From: an uncultured Acidobacteriota bacterium
Lineage (GTDB): Bacteria > Acidobacteriota > Terriglobia > UBA7540
DNA: 64,000 bases
Reading direction: 5' to 3'
NCBI GenBank assembly: GCA_963804995.1
Contig: CAWDSK010000009.1
Location: 326,168-390,167 of the forward strand
Below, piece by piece: positions 40,330 to 49,958 of the stretch. Position 1 is the stretch's first letter. The number at the start of each line of letters is the position of its first letter. Under the pieces are notes generated by a model that made no database searches, was not told the origin of the DNA, and worked only from the letters and a program-made list of their open reading frames with translations. Both the position numbers and the translations under genes were made by a program.

Positions 40330-40887
40330 TCACTTGCCAATGTTCGCTGCGAAATTGACTTCCCAATCCACCGCTTCCTGCTGTCCTTGAAAATTCACGC
40401 TCAGTAAATTCCCCCTCAGTTCGTGGTTCACCGGAACTTCACGATTCCCTTCGGTCACAGCTCGCACCTGCGAGGCGCTCATGCTTTTGGGATCATAGAG
40501 GAAGAGCGAGTAGTTTTCCCCCGGCACGGGAATGGTGAGGTCGAGCAGATCCGACGCAGTTGTGCTGGAAAGCTTCAAGGTGTTCGGACCCAACTCAACT
40601 TGCCAGCCGGTTATGGGCTTGGCCGTTCGAATGAATAGTTGATTCTGGCCCTTCTTCTCTATCGACCAGTTCTTCAACGGGGCCAGACCACGCTCGTCCA
40701 GGAGATTCAGCCGAACGTCCTTCATTACCGTTCCGAGATACTTGTGCGAAATGGCGAGGGTGCCTTGTTCGCCATCTGCGACGGCCGTCCAGTCTTCACT
40801 AGTAATAGAAACCGGGCTTGGGGTTTGCGCCCATCCCGCTCCAACCGTCATGACGATTGTGATTAGGACAGAAAAAAGTCTTCCCAT
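40330..40887 (-). pseudogene. Internally deleted paralog of the 37579-39960 glycosidase
   Basis: Matches the neighbour's N-terminal ~110 aa, LDLTIPVPG and its C-terminal ~60 aa; the catalytic barrel is absent. Confidence 0.85.
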
Positions 40888-41477
40888 TTTTCCCCAACTG
40901 ATTGCACTTCCGGCCTAAGGCGAAGCGCGGTACGAGAACACCTCGGCGCCAGGGTGCGTCTAACACCGTGTATTAGCCTTGTCAATTGAAAACTGTAATC
41001 CTGGGCGGCATGGAGTCGCTGAGCATTCGCGCGGCGCCTGACTCTTGAACCCCAAAGTTGTCCACCGAGGTCAACTAAACCCCGAGGTCGACGTGGACAA
41101 CTGAAAGCACCAGAAGAAGATCCAAACTCCAACGACCCGCCGCAGCTTCTTGCTTTGGGCGATCCCTTCAGCGTGATCATCCCCCTCGGGGTGTGGTCCC
41201 GAGGCCAACTCCGGCGCCCGCCCACCAGACTGATGAAGCAAATCGGAACCTAGCATCAGCGATTTCGCATTACCGCTGGGGTGAAAATCACTATCGCGGT
41301 GGCGCCGCCACCGAGGCGCAGGGGAAACTTAAAGCAGCGGATAAGTAAGATCCCCGGCTGGCGGAAGCTCGCTACAAACTCTGTGTTATCCCGTTCTGCT
41401 GTCAGAAGAATCGATTAATTGCATTTTACCATGAAAATATATTTCGAAATATTGTGAAATATTGCAATTAATTTCTC

Positions 41478-41520
41478 TTGACAGCCTTCACTCTCCAGAC
41501 TTAGATTCGCAACCGTTCTG
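41478..41520 (+). promoter_or_regulatory. Promoter with LacI-type operator
   Basis: TTGACA-N18-TAGATT-CGCAACCGTTC; AT-rich GAAATATT repeats lie upstream. Confidence 0.7.
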
Positions 41521-41627
41521 ATTAACGCATTAATCTGCCCAGCGAAATCCTCAGGCATTCAAATACTTGGCAGGAACAGGTTCGCTGGCCAAGGGAAGGC
41601 GCTGGATTCGGCAGACAGGAGTCTGAG

Positions 41628-44123
41628 ATGAACAGAACCGAAAGCAGTAGAGTTTCCGGCCTGAAGTGGGGAGTTCTGTTTTGCCTGATCCTTGGAATCG
41701 TGCTCCCAATTAAAGCCGAGGAGATTACCTCACTTAACAATGCTCAACTGACCGTATCGGTAAACTCACAGGACGGTTCATTCGAGATGCGCACAGAAGG
41801 ATCGGGCCATCCGGTGCTCACCGCCCAGGTCGCGGCCGAGATTGATCATGGGTGGCTGAAGGGCTCTGCATATCCCCGGCACCAGGCGATTGCCTCCACG
41901 TTTGATGACCTGTTGGGGCATGGCCACCAAATCACAATCACGTTTTCGGGCCTTAATTCCCAGCCCGACCTTCTTGCTATCCTGAAACTTTATGATGCTC
42001 GTCCCCTCGGGGTTATTGAGGTTAGGGTCCGGAATAATACCGCCCGTGCCCTGACTGTGCAGGCTATCCGTAGTGTGGAAGCGATCGGAGAGCCGCGGCT
42101 CAACTTGGGTGGGAATGAAAAGGCTGATCGAATTCTCTCCGACATGTTCAGTGAGGACATACCCATCCTCGGTGATCTGGCTCAAGCACCTCACGGCGTC
42201 CACCGAGCCGCCGGAAGCCAGCTCATTTATAACCAGGAGAGCGGGGTGAGCTTGCTGCTCGCGGCTCTTGCCTCCCGGCGATTTCTGACCATCATGCACC
42301 TCCGGGTCGCAGGCTCTCCCGAGGATCCAAAGATCCTGTCGTATACAGTCGACTCCACGGGTACGACAGAATTTGTAAAGGAGCGTTCGTTGCTTCCTGC
42401 GCCTCCGGAGGACCAGATTGAATTGAGCCTTCCTCTTTTGCCCGGAAAGGAGCTTTCCTCTGAGCCAGTCATGTTCACTGCGGGACGTGATTATCACGCC
42501 CAACTCAGTGTCTACGCCGAAGCCATACGGCTCCTTCACCATGCGCGAGTGTCCAGTCGCAATCTGATGGGATGGTGGAGCTGGGCGAGCTTCTATGCCG
42601 GGATCACGGACGGCGAGGCTCGGACCAATGCGCAATGGCTTGCCGAGCATCTGAAGACGCTGGGGTACGACACCATCCTGATCGACGAAGGTTACCAGTA
42701 TGCCCGTGGTGAGTACGCGACGCCCGACGCCAGCCAGTTTCCCGGGGGCATGCGCAATCTTGGCCTCGATATCAATCGATTGGGTCTGACCTTCGGTGTC
42801 TGGACTGGTCCCTTTGAAGTGTCCGAGCGTGCGTGGGTCTATGAGCACCACAAAGACTGGCTCGTCCATAATGCGCAGGGCAAGCCGTTGCAGATTTATC
42901 AGCATGGAATCGAGCCGCTCTACGTACTGGACACTACCCATCCTGGCGCGCAAGGATACCTTCGCGCGACCTATCGAACTCTCGTGCGGGAGTGGGGCGT
43001 GCGATACATCAAGCTCAACTTCATGGACGAGTCTGCGGTCGAAGGCTTCTATTATCGGCCCCACACTACGGCTCTTGAGGCACAACGGCTGGGCCTCGAA
43101 ATCATTCGCGCGGCGGTAGGTGACGATGTTTTGCTCAACAAAGATGGCAGCCCCATGCTGAATCCGGTGGGGATTGTGGACGAGGGCCGCATCTCCGATG
43201 ACACCGTGCATTCCTTCGAGGTCATGAAAGAGGTGGCCTCGGGTATTGCGGAGCGTTATTACATGAACCGCAAGTTTTTCGTGAGTGATCCTGACGCCTA
43301 CACCATCTCGGGGGTAGTCCTGGGGGCCCAGGCATGGCGCAAGAACACCGTGCCCTTGACCCTGCAGGAAGCGCAGATGTCCATCGTGCTGGCGGCGGTA
43401 TCGGGAGGGATGTACGAGATCGGCGACGATCTCCCCACCCTGGCTGAGGATCCCCCTCGGTTCGCACTGGTGGAGAACCAGGAACTACTGCAGATGGTCA
43501 AGTTGGAACAGGCTGCGGTGCCGATCGATCTGATGACTTATCGCCCCGAGGACGGGCAACCGAGCGTGTTTCTCCTCCACGAGGACCGGCGGCAGACGAT
43601 GCTGGCCGTGTTCAACTGGACCGAGCAGCCACGCTCGCACGCCTTCAGCCTCGCTGATTTGAACCTGCGGGCTGGAGGAAGCTTTGAAGCCTACAACGTT
43701 CTCGATCATAACCGGCCCGTTCCTTTCGCCAGGGATGGAATGGAGCTACCGAATCAAGCCCCTCATTCGGTCCGAGCCATCAAGATCATTGATACCTCGG
43801 TGGCCGCTGCTCCACCGTCGGTCACAACGCAGGGTCCTGCCGCAGCAGAGGTTGGAAAGCCCGCAAATTTCACGGCCACGTTTGAGTCGGACGGTGTTCC
43901 GGTTGTTCAGTACCACTGGGATTTCGGCGACGGAACATCTGCGAACGGGGCTGAAGTGAGGCACACCTATACTAGGGCTGGGACCTTCTCGATCCAGCTT
44001 GAAGCTGAAGGCGCAGACGGCATTGCCGCGCGGAAGACAATTCCTATTACCATAAACGGAGTGATAAAAGCCCAACACGATTTCAAGAACCGGCAACGAT
44101 ACGTTGAGCCAGGCGATCGTTAG
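41628..44123 (+). CDS. GH36/GH27-like glycosidase with C-terminal PKD domain
   Basis: GWWSWA, LIDEGYQ, YIKLNF and RISDD motifs; PKD motif YHWDFGDG..HTY. Confidence 0.88.
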   Translation: MNRTESSRVSGLKWGVLFCLILGIVLPIKAEEITSLNNAQLTVSVNSQDGSFEMRTEGSGHPVLTAQVAAEIDHGWLKGSAYPRHQAIASTFDDLLGHGHQITITFSGLNSQPDLLAILKLYDARPLGVIEVRVRNNTARALTVQAIRSVEAIGEPRLNLGGNEKADRILSDMFSEDIPILGDLAQAPHGVHRAAGSQLIYNQESGVSLLLAALASRRFLTIMHLRVAGSPEDPKILSYTVDSTGTTEFVKERSLLPAPPEDQIELSLPLLPGKELSSEPVMFTAGRDYHAQLSVYAEAIRLLHHARVSSRNLMGWWSWASFYAGITDGEARTNAQWLAEHLKTLGYDTILIDEGYQYARGEYATPDASQFPGGMRNLGLDINRLGLTFGVWTGPFEVSERAWVYEHHKDWLVHNAQGKPLQIYQHGIEPLYVLDTTHPGAQGYLRATYRTLVREWGVRYIKLNFMDESAVEGFYYRPHTTALEAQRLGLEIIRAAVGDDVLLNKDGSPMLNPVGIVDEGRISDDTVHSFEVMKEVASGIAERYYMNRKFFVSDPDAYTISGVVLGAQAWRKNTVPLTLQEAQMSIVLAAVSGGMYEIGDDLPTLAEDPPRFALVENQELLQMVKLEQAAVPIDLMTYRPEDGQPSVFLLHEDRRQTMLAVFNWTEQPRSHAFSLADLNLRAGGSFEAYNVLDHNRPVPFARDGMELPNQAPHSVRAIKIIDTSVAAAPPSVTTQGPAAAEVGKPANFTATFESDGVPVVQYHWDFGDGTSANGAEVRHTYTRAGTFSIQLEAEGADGIAARKTIPITINGVIKAQHDFKNRQRYVEPGDR

Positions 44124-44160
44124 AACCTGCGCTTGCATCGCGGATGGAGGTTGTTTCGTT

Positions 44161-45264
44161 ATGGATTTCCTTACTCGTATTAATGCTGTTCTTCATCACC
44201 AGAGCCCGGACCAGATTCCGTTCGCTCCGTACGACAACCTGGTGCCCCGCGGAGAATTCGCCAGAAATTTGAGAACCGGGGGATGGGACTGTGTTACCGC
44301 CGCTCAACGGTCTTTGCCGAAATGCCCCACGTCACGGTCGAAACCCGGGCGCAGGACGGTAACCTGATTACCGTCTACCACACGCCTGAGGGAGACGTCT
44401 CCGACTCTGGCCAAGATGCACGCGGGAAGAATTGCCGACAATCTCACGGTCGAGACCGAGGGCCTGATCAAAAGCGTGGACAACTACGACCCCGTCCTCT
44501 TCATCCTCGAGGACACGAATTTCAGCACTGACAACAGCGTGTACTACAACCTGGTCCGGGATATCGGCCGGGACGGTATTTTCCGGGATTGGGGTCTGGA
44601 CTTCGAAGTGACTCCCTATGGCGCCACCCGGCGCTATTTCGGAGAGTTGTATGGCCTCGACGATTGGGTCTATCACCAGCATGACCATCCCGACCACTTT
44701 TCAAAGCTGGTAGAGGCACAGATCCGTCGTGACGAGCGGCGACTGAATCTGGTCGCCGATTCTCCCGCGGAGTTCCTGGGATTCGGATGGATTGAGGGGC
44801 TCTGGGGCCCCGAGGAGTTCCGCAAGCACGAACTGCCGTTCTATAAGAAATGGGTGCCATATCTTCAACGCAAGGGGAAGATCCTTGCCTTGCATTGCGA
44901 CGTTACGCGCGGTTTTGAGGGCTACAAAGAGGTGATTGCCGAAACCGGCATCGACGTGGTTGAGGCTTTCACCCCGCCACCCGTTTCCGACCTGTCTCTC
45001 AAGGAAGCCCGGGAGGCTTGGGGGAACATAATCATCTGGGTTAACTTCCCGGAGTCGATCTTCTGGTTGGGCGCCGAAGCAACAAAACAGTACACCATAG
45101 ACCTTTTGAAGAGCGCCGCGCCCGGAGATCGGCTGGTCTTGAGCTTTACCGAGATGGGGACCTGGGGCGCCACCGACAACGCCACCGAACAGAGCTTCAA
45201 GGCAGGCACCCTGGCGATCATGGAGGCCATCGAAGAACACGGCACTTATCCCATCCATGCCTGA
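44161..45264 (+). pseudogene. URO-D/MtaA-like TIM-barrel protein with two compensating frameshifts (about 44274, 44403)
   Basis: Three consecutive reading segments; HCD, EAFTPPP and IWVNFP motifs; GGAGG RBS. Confidence 0.7.
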
Positions 45265-45290
45265 GCGGACTCTCGCGAATAGGGAAAAAC

Positions 45291-47267
45291 ATGCGCGTCA
45301 CAAGATGGTTAATTCTGGGGATCTTCTTAACGGCCAGCCTGGCGAACTCCCAGAGTTTGCCCAATCAGGTTGAACCCATTTTGAGTCAACGGATCCAGGC
45401 GGCGGAAGTTACGGAATACCTGCTGCGCGAATATGCCATGGCGCACGTCGTGCCCCTATCGATTCCACAGAGTCCTGAGCAGTGGACCACCGAGGCCAAG
45501 CGGATCCGGCGGCACCTGCTGGACGACATTGTTTTTCACGGATGGCCGGGCGAATGGGTCGACGCGCCCGTCAAATTTGAGGACCTCGGCATCCTGTCAA
45601 CGGGCAACGGATACCGGATGCGAAAGCTTCGATACGAGATCGTCCCGGGGTTCCAATCGACGGCCATTCTTTACGAACCCCTCAACATTCGCGGCAAGAT
45701 CCCGGCGATTCTATGTGTGAATGGGCATGGGTACACACTGGGCAAGGCCACCGAGGAAAAACAAAAGCTGTGCATCAATTTCGCCAAGCGAGGCATGCTT
45801 GCCTTGAACCTGGAATGGTTGAACTGCGGCGAGTTAAACCATCCGGAAAACGACCACAACTTCGCCGGCCACCTTGACTTGGTGGGAGCAAACGGGGTGG
45901 GCCTGTTTTACCTTGCCATGCGCAGAGGACTCGACTACCTCTACGATCTTCCCCAGGTTGACCGCCAGCGGCTGGCGGTTACCGGCAAGTCGGGCGGCGG
46001 GTGGCAGATGATCGTGCTCAGCTCTCTCGACGAAAGAGTGGCGGTCTCCATTCCCGTCGCCGGATTCGCCTCCCTCATTTCCGGCGCCGAGCATCCAGAG
46101 CAAATCGGTGATGACATCGAGCAGAATGCCACGGACTTCCGCGATGGTCAGGACTATACCCAACTTACCGCCATGCGTGCGCCTCGACCCACGCTGCTGA
46201 TTTATAACGTCGAAGACGATTGCTGTTTTCGTGCCCCTCTCGTCAAGCCCTACATCTACGACGATATTAAGTCTTTTTTCCGCCTCATGGGAGCGAAGGG
46301 CGCCTTGGCTTGGCACGAGAATCTCGACCCGGGAACCCATAACTACCAGGTGGATAATCGGCAGACGGCTTACCGGTTCCTTGACAAGTATTTCAACCTG
46401 GCGGGACCGGCAGACGAAATTCCAGTGGACTCCGAAATCAAGAGCCTAGACGAGCTGAAGGTTGGCTTGCCCAAGGATAACCTGACGATTCTTGGGCTGG
46501 CGAAGCGCTTCGCGGGCGGCATCCAGCGTCAGCCCATCCCTTCCAGTGGCGCTGAAAAGGCGAATTGGGTTGCTTTCGAGAGGGCCCACTTCAAAACCCT
46601 GGTGCGTTACAAGGCGGTTGCCGTGAAACACGCCTGGGCGATTACAAACACCAAGCACCAAGGCGTGGAGACCCGCTCGTACCGCTTGGAAATGAACAAT
46701 GGCCTTAGCGCCACTGGAGTCTGGCTCAAAGCCATCGCCATCCCGGATAACGCTCCGATCACTATCGTGTTGAACGACCGAGGGAAGCAGCGAGCCGCCG
46801 ACGAGGTCTCTGATCGCGTGAATCGGGGGGAACAGGTGCTTGCCCTCGACTTGTTGTTCTTTGGCGACGCCTCACCCGAGAAGCCGGTACCCGGCGCTTA
46901 CACACAACTACTCGCGGCGATTGGTGATCGTCCTTTGGGTATGGAGGCGGCTCAACTAATAGCCATTACGCGATGGGTCCAGAGTCTCTCCCATGCCCCC
47001 CGGATCCGCGTTGAGACTACGGGGATCCGTAGCCAGGCCGTGGCGCTCACGGCTTGTGACCATGAGCCAACTTTGTATGCGGAATTGATAACTCATGGCG
47101 GGATGACGTCCTTGGGTTTTCTACTCGACAAACCTGTCAGCTATGACGACGCTCCAGACCTTTTCTGCTTGGACCTTTATAGAGACCTTGATGTCGACGG
47201 GCTCGTCGCGTTAGCCGAACCGACGAAAGTGACACAGTTTGATCCTATGCCATCCTCCTCAAAATAA
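45291..47267 (+). CDS. Secreted alpha/beta-hydrolase (acetylxylan esterase-like)
   Basis: NGHG, VTGKSGGG nucleophile elbow, APRP and GTHNY motifs. Confidence 0.85.
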   Translation: MRVTRWLILGIFLTASLANSQSLPNQVEPILSQRIQAAEVTEYLLREYAMAHVVPLSIPQSPEQWTTEAKRIRRHLLDDIVFHGWPGEWVDAPVKFEDLGILSTGNGYRMRKLRYEIVPGFQSTAILYEPLNIRGKIPAILCVNGHGYTLGKATEEKQKLCINFAKRGMLALNLEWLNCGELNHPENDHNFAGHLDLVGANGVGLFYLAMRRGLDYLYDLPQVDRQRLAVTGKSGGGWQMIVLSSLDERVAVSIPVAGFASLISGAEHPEQIGDDIEQNATDFRDGQDYTQLTAMRAPRPTLLIYNVEDDCCFRAPLVKPYIYDDIKSFFRLMGAKGALAWHENLDPGTHNYQVDNRQTAYRFLDKYFNLAGPADEIPVDSEIKSLDELKVGLPKDNLTILGLAKRFAGGIQRQPIPSSGAEKANWVAFERAHFKTLVRYKAVAVKHAWAITNTKHQGVETRSYRLEMNNGLSATGVWLKAIAIPDNAPITIVLNDRGKQRAADEVSDRVNRGEQVLALDLLFFGDASPEKPVPGAYTQLLAAIGDRPLGMEAAQLIAITRWVQSLSHAPRIRVETTGIRSQAVALTACDHEPTLYAELITHGGMTSLGFLLDKPVSYDDAPDLFCLDLYRDLDVDGLVALAEPTKVTQFDPMPSSSK

Positions 47268-47352
47268 AACTCCCGTGCGTCGCCAACAGGAAGAGGCAAT
47301 TTCCCACGCTGGCAAACCTGATCATCGCGACTGTCGTACCTTGGAGGCTCTC

Positions 47353-49753
47353 GTGGAAAGATCATTCCATTCCCCTCTGACTCCTATTGGTCTCATTCTG
47401 GTTGTCACCCTTAGTGCGGGGATGCCTGGCTGCAATTCAAATGGAGCCAGGGAAATGAGCGGTGGGGATGTAACCGTCTCGTTTTGCGACGGGGGCGATA
47501 TCTCAATACGCGCTCGCAGCTTGGTTATCGGTTTGAGCCCTCAGCACGTACTGTCAACGGCCCTTTTGGAAAACGGCAGGGAACTGAGCCTGAATAGTCA
47601 CACGCCAGAGGCAAAAGCTGAACCTTCTGATTACGTGGCGGTGCGTGGGGAAGATATAAAGAATTTTACGATTCAGTACTCCGGCATTGCGCTTCATCAG
47701 GTCCGCACCCGGCTGGGTGATTGTGAGACGGTCACCATACCTTCCAAGCGTCTCTGACGGTGACCTGCGAATTCAAAGAACTCTCAATATCGATCTCTGC
47801 CCATCCTTCCCTCAAAGCGCAATTTTCACGGCCACCTATGAGAACCTCGGTTCAAGCGTGCTTCAAATCAGTCGTGTCGTGCAGGTTGCTCAAACCATCC
47901 AACCTCCCAACCGGGAATCGAAAGGGCTATGGACCTTTCAGGGCGTGAGCATGCTCTGGGGCCGGGACACGGTCTTTGCCCTGCCAGCTTCTTTCCGGGC
48001 GGAGAACCCCATGGGACAAATGGTGGCAAAAGGAAGTGGGGCCGGGATGGCGGCGGACGATTACAGTCAGGGGAATGGCGGCGGGATCCCCTTGAACGAT
48101 TATTGGGATGGCGAGGTGGGCTTGGCGAGTGGCCACATTGAGCGGGAGGCCGTGGCTTGCTGGATTCCGGTTGAAACCCAGGGTGACCGCCGTACGCGCA
48201 CCTATCTTGAGACTCGCCCTCAAGTCGCGCTCGCTCCGGGTGAATCCCTAACTACTCCACGCAGCTTTGTCACGGTCCATCGTGGCGACTTCTACGAACC
48301 GCTGGCAACTTACAGTGCGATGCTGCGGGCACAGGGCGTGACTTTCCTGAAGTATTCCGAAAGCCTTTATCATCCCATCTGGTGGACTTACGCGTTTGGT
48401 CATAACTTTCGGCCCGCAGAAGTCTACAATTCCATCCCCAAGTTCAAAGAATTGGGAATCGAATGGCTGGTCCTTAACAACCGTTGGTGGGATCATTACG
48501 GTGACTGGAGGCCGCGCTCTGATAAGTTCGGGAGTGAGGCGGGTTTCAAGGAAATGATCGCCCGGCTGCATCAGGCCGGCCTGAAGAGTCTTCCCTGGTG
48601 GCTGCCGTGCGGGGTTCAGGTCAATGAGTCTTCGCGAAGCGGCGCATACACAGAGCCTGTGGTGGGGCGGCCCATCAATCCGCCCCCCGAAGTCGAGAAA
48701 ATGCTCAGCGCAACCGCAGACGTGGCGCTCCAGCACCGTGACTGGCTTATTCAGGACCAGCAAGGCAAGCTGGTTCCGATTATAAGGAATTTGGCCAGTT
48801 TATGCCCCGCCTATCCCCCTGCCCGGAATTACATGGTGCAGTTGGCAAAACGCATGATCGTAGACTGGAAAGCCGACGGCTTTTACATGGATGCGATCTT
48901 TACCGTCCCGCCCTGCTATAACCCAGCCCATCACCACAAGTCACCCTATGACTCGGTGCGGCAATTGGCCGATCTCTTTCAGGATATCCGCAAGGTCATC
49001 GAGCAGTATGCCCCCGAGGGCATGCTCATGATCTGCCCGTGCGGAACCACGATCAATCATTGCCTGCTTCCCACCCTGAATGAGCCCGTGACGGCTGACC
49101 CCATCGGGTCAGAGCAAATTCGTTGGCGCGTAAAAATGTATAAGGCGCTTATGGGACCCACCGCGCCCGTCTTCGCGGATCGTGTTGAGTCGAGTCAGTT
49201 CACAAAGGTCGACTCGAACAATATAGCAATCGGCAGGGACTTTGCCTCCTGTATGGGTACCGGAGGGGTCATTGGCACGATTTTTGTGTGGCCGAAGATC
49301 GATAAGCTCCCCGGGGACCTGGAATCTCGCGGTGCGGGCTCGATGGAGTTCATGAAGGCCCTTCTCCTCACGCCTGACAAAGACGCACTCTGGAAGAAGT
49401 GGTTCGATCTCTACAGGCAGAAAATGATTTCCGGCGGCGAGTTTGTGGATTTGTACACGGTGGGCTTTGATGTTCCGGAAGGTTACGCGATTCGGAAAGA
49501 CCTGAAGATGTATTACGCTTTCTTTAAACTCACACACCGGCCGTGGGGTCTCGACAAGCCTCCCGACCTGCCCCCTGCGAGGAATGAAGTTTGGGAAGGC
49601 CGCCTGGAGCTACGAGGGTTGGATAAGTCCAAGGAATACCATGTCGTGGACTACGAACATGGCAAGGACCTCGGATCCTTGAAGGGATCGAGCCCTTTCC
49701 TCAACACGAAATTTACTAGCCATCTGGTTCTTGAAGTGACGCCAAAGCCATGA
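47353..49753 (+). pseudogene. GH36-like lipoprotein glycosidase with a frameshift at about 47745
   Basis: GGAGG-GTG start and signal peptide with Cys. The catalytic part in the next frame resembles 31749 (GNGGG.P, CYNPAHHH, CPCG). Confidence 0.8.
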
Positions 49754-49958
49754 GGGTGGCGCGGCTGTGCTTCCTAACCGTACCGGAATTGAACCCGTGG
49801 AGGACCGCCTTGGCAGGTGAGCTTTGGAGTTCAACGACAGTGTCGAAGCGGCGCCTTTCAGGCCGATTCTTTAATAATGGCGAATGAAAGACTGAGCTAT
49901 GATGCGCTTTGATTCCAAAGATAACGGACGATTCTCGTGAGGAAACAGTCGAGCGATT

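Noticed and set aside
40890..41400. Riboswitch or gene in the divergent intergenic region
   Set aside because: No aptamer consensus that I recognise, and the short ORFs lack an RBS or motifs.
49751..49800. Similarity to 52167-52210 (TGAGGGTGGCG..GGCTG...AACCCGTGG after stop codons)
   Set aside because: Too short and degenerate to call; possibly REP debris.
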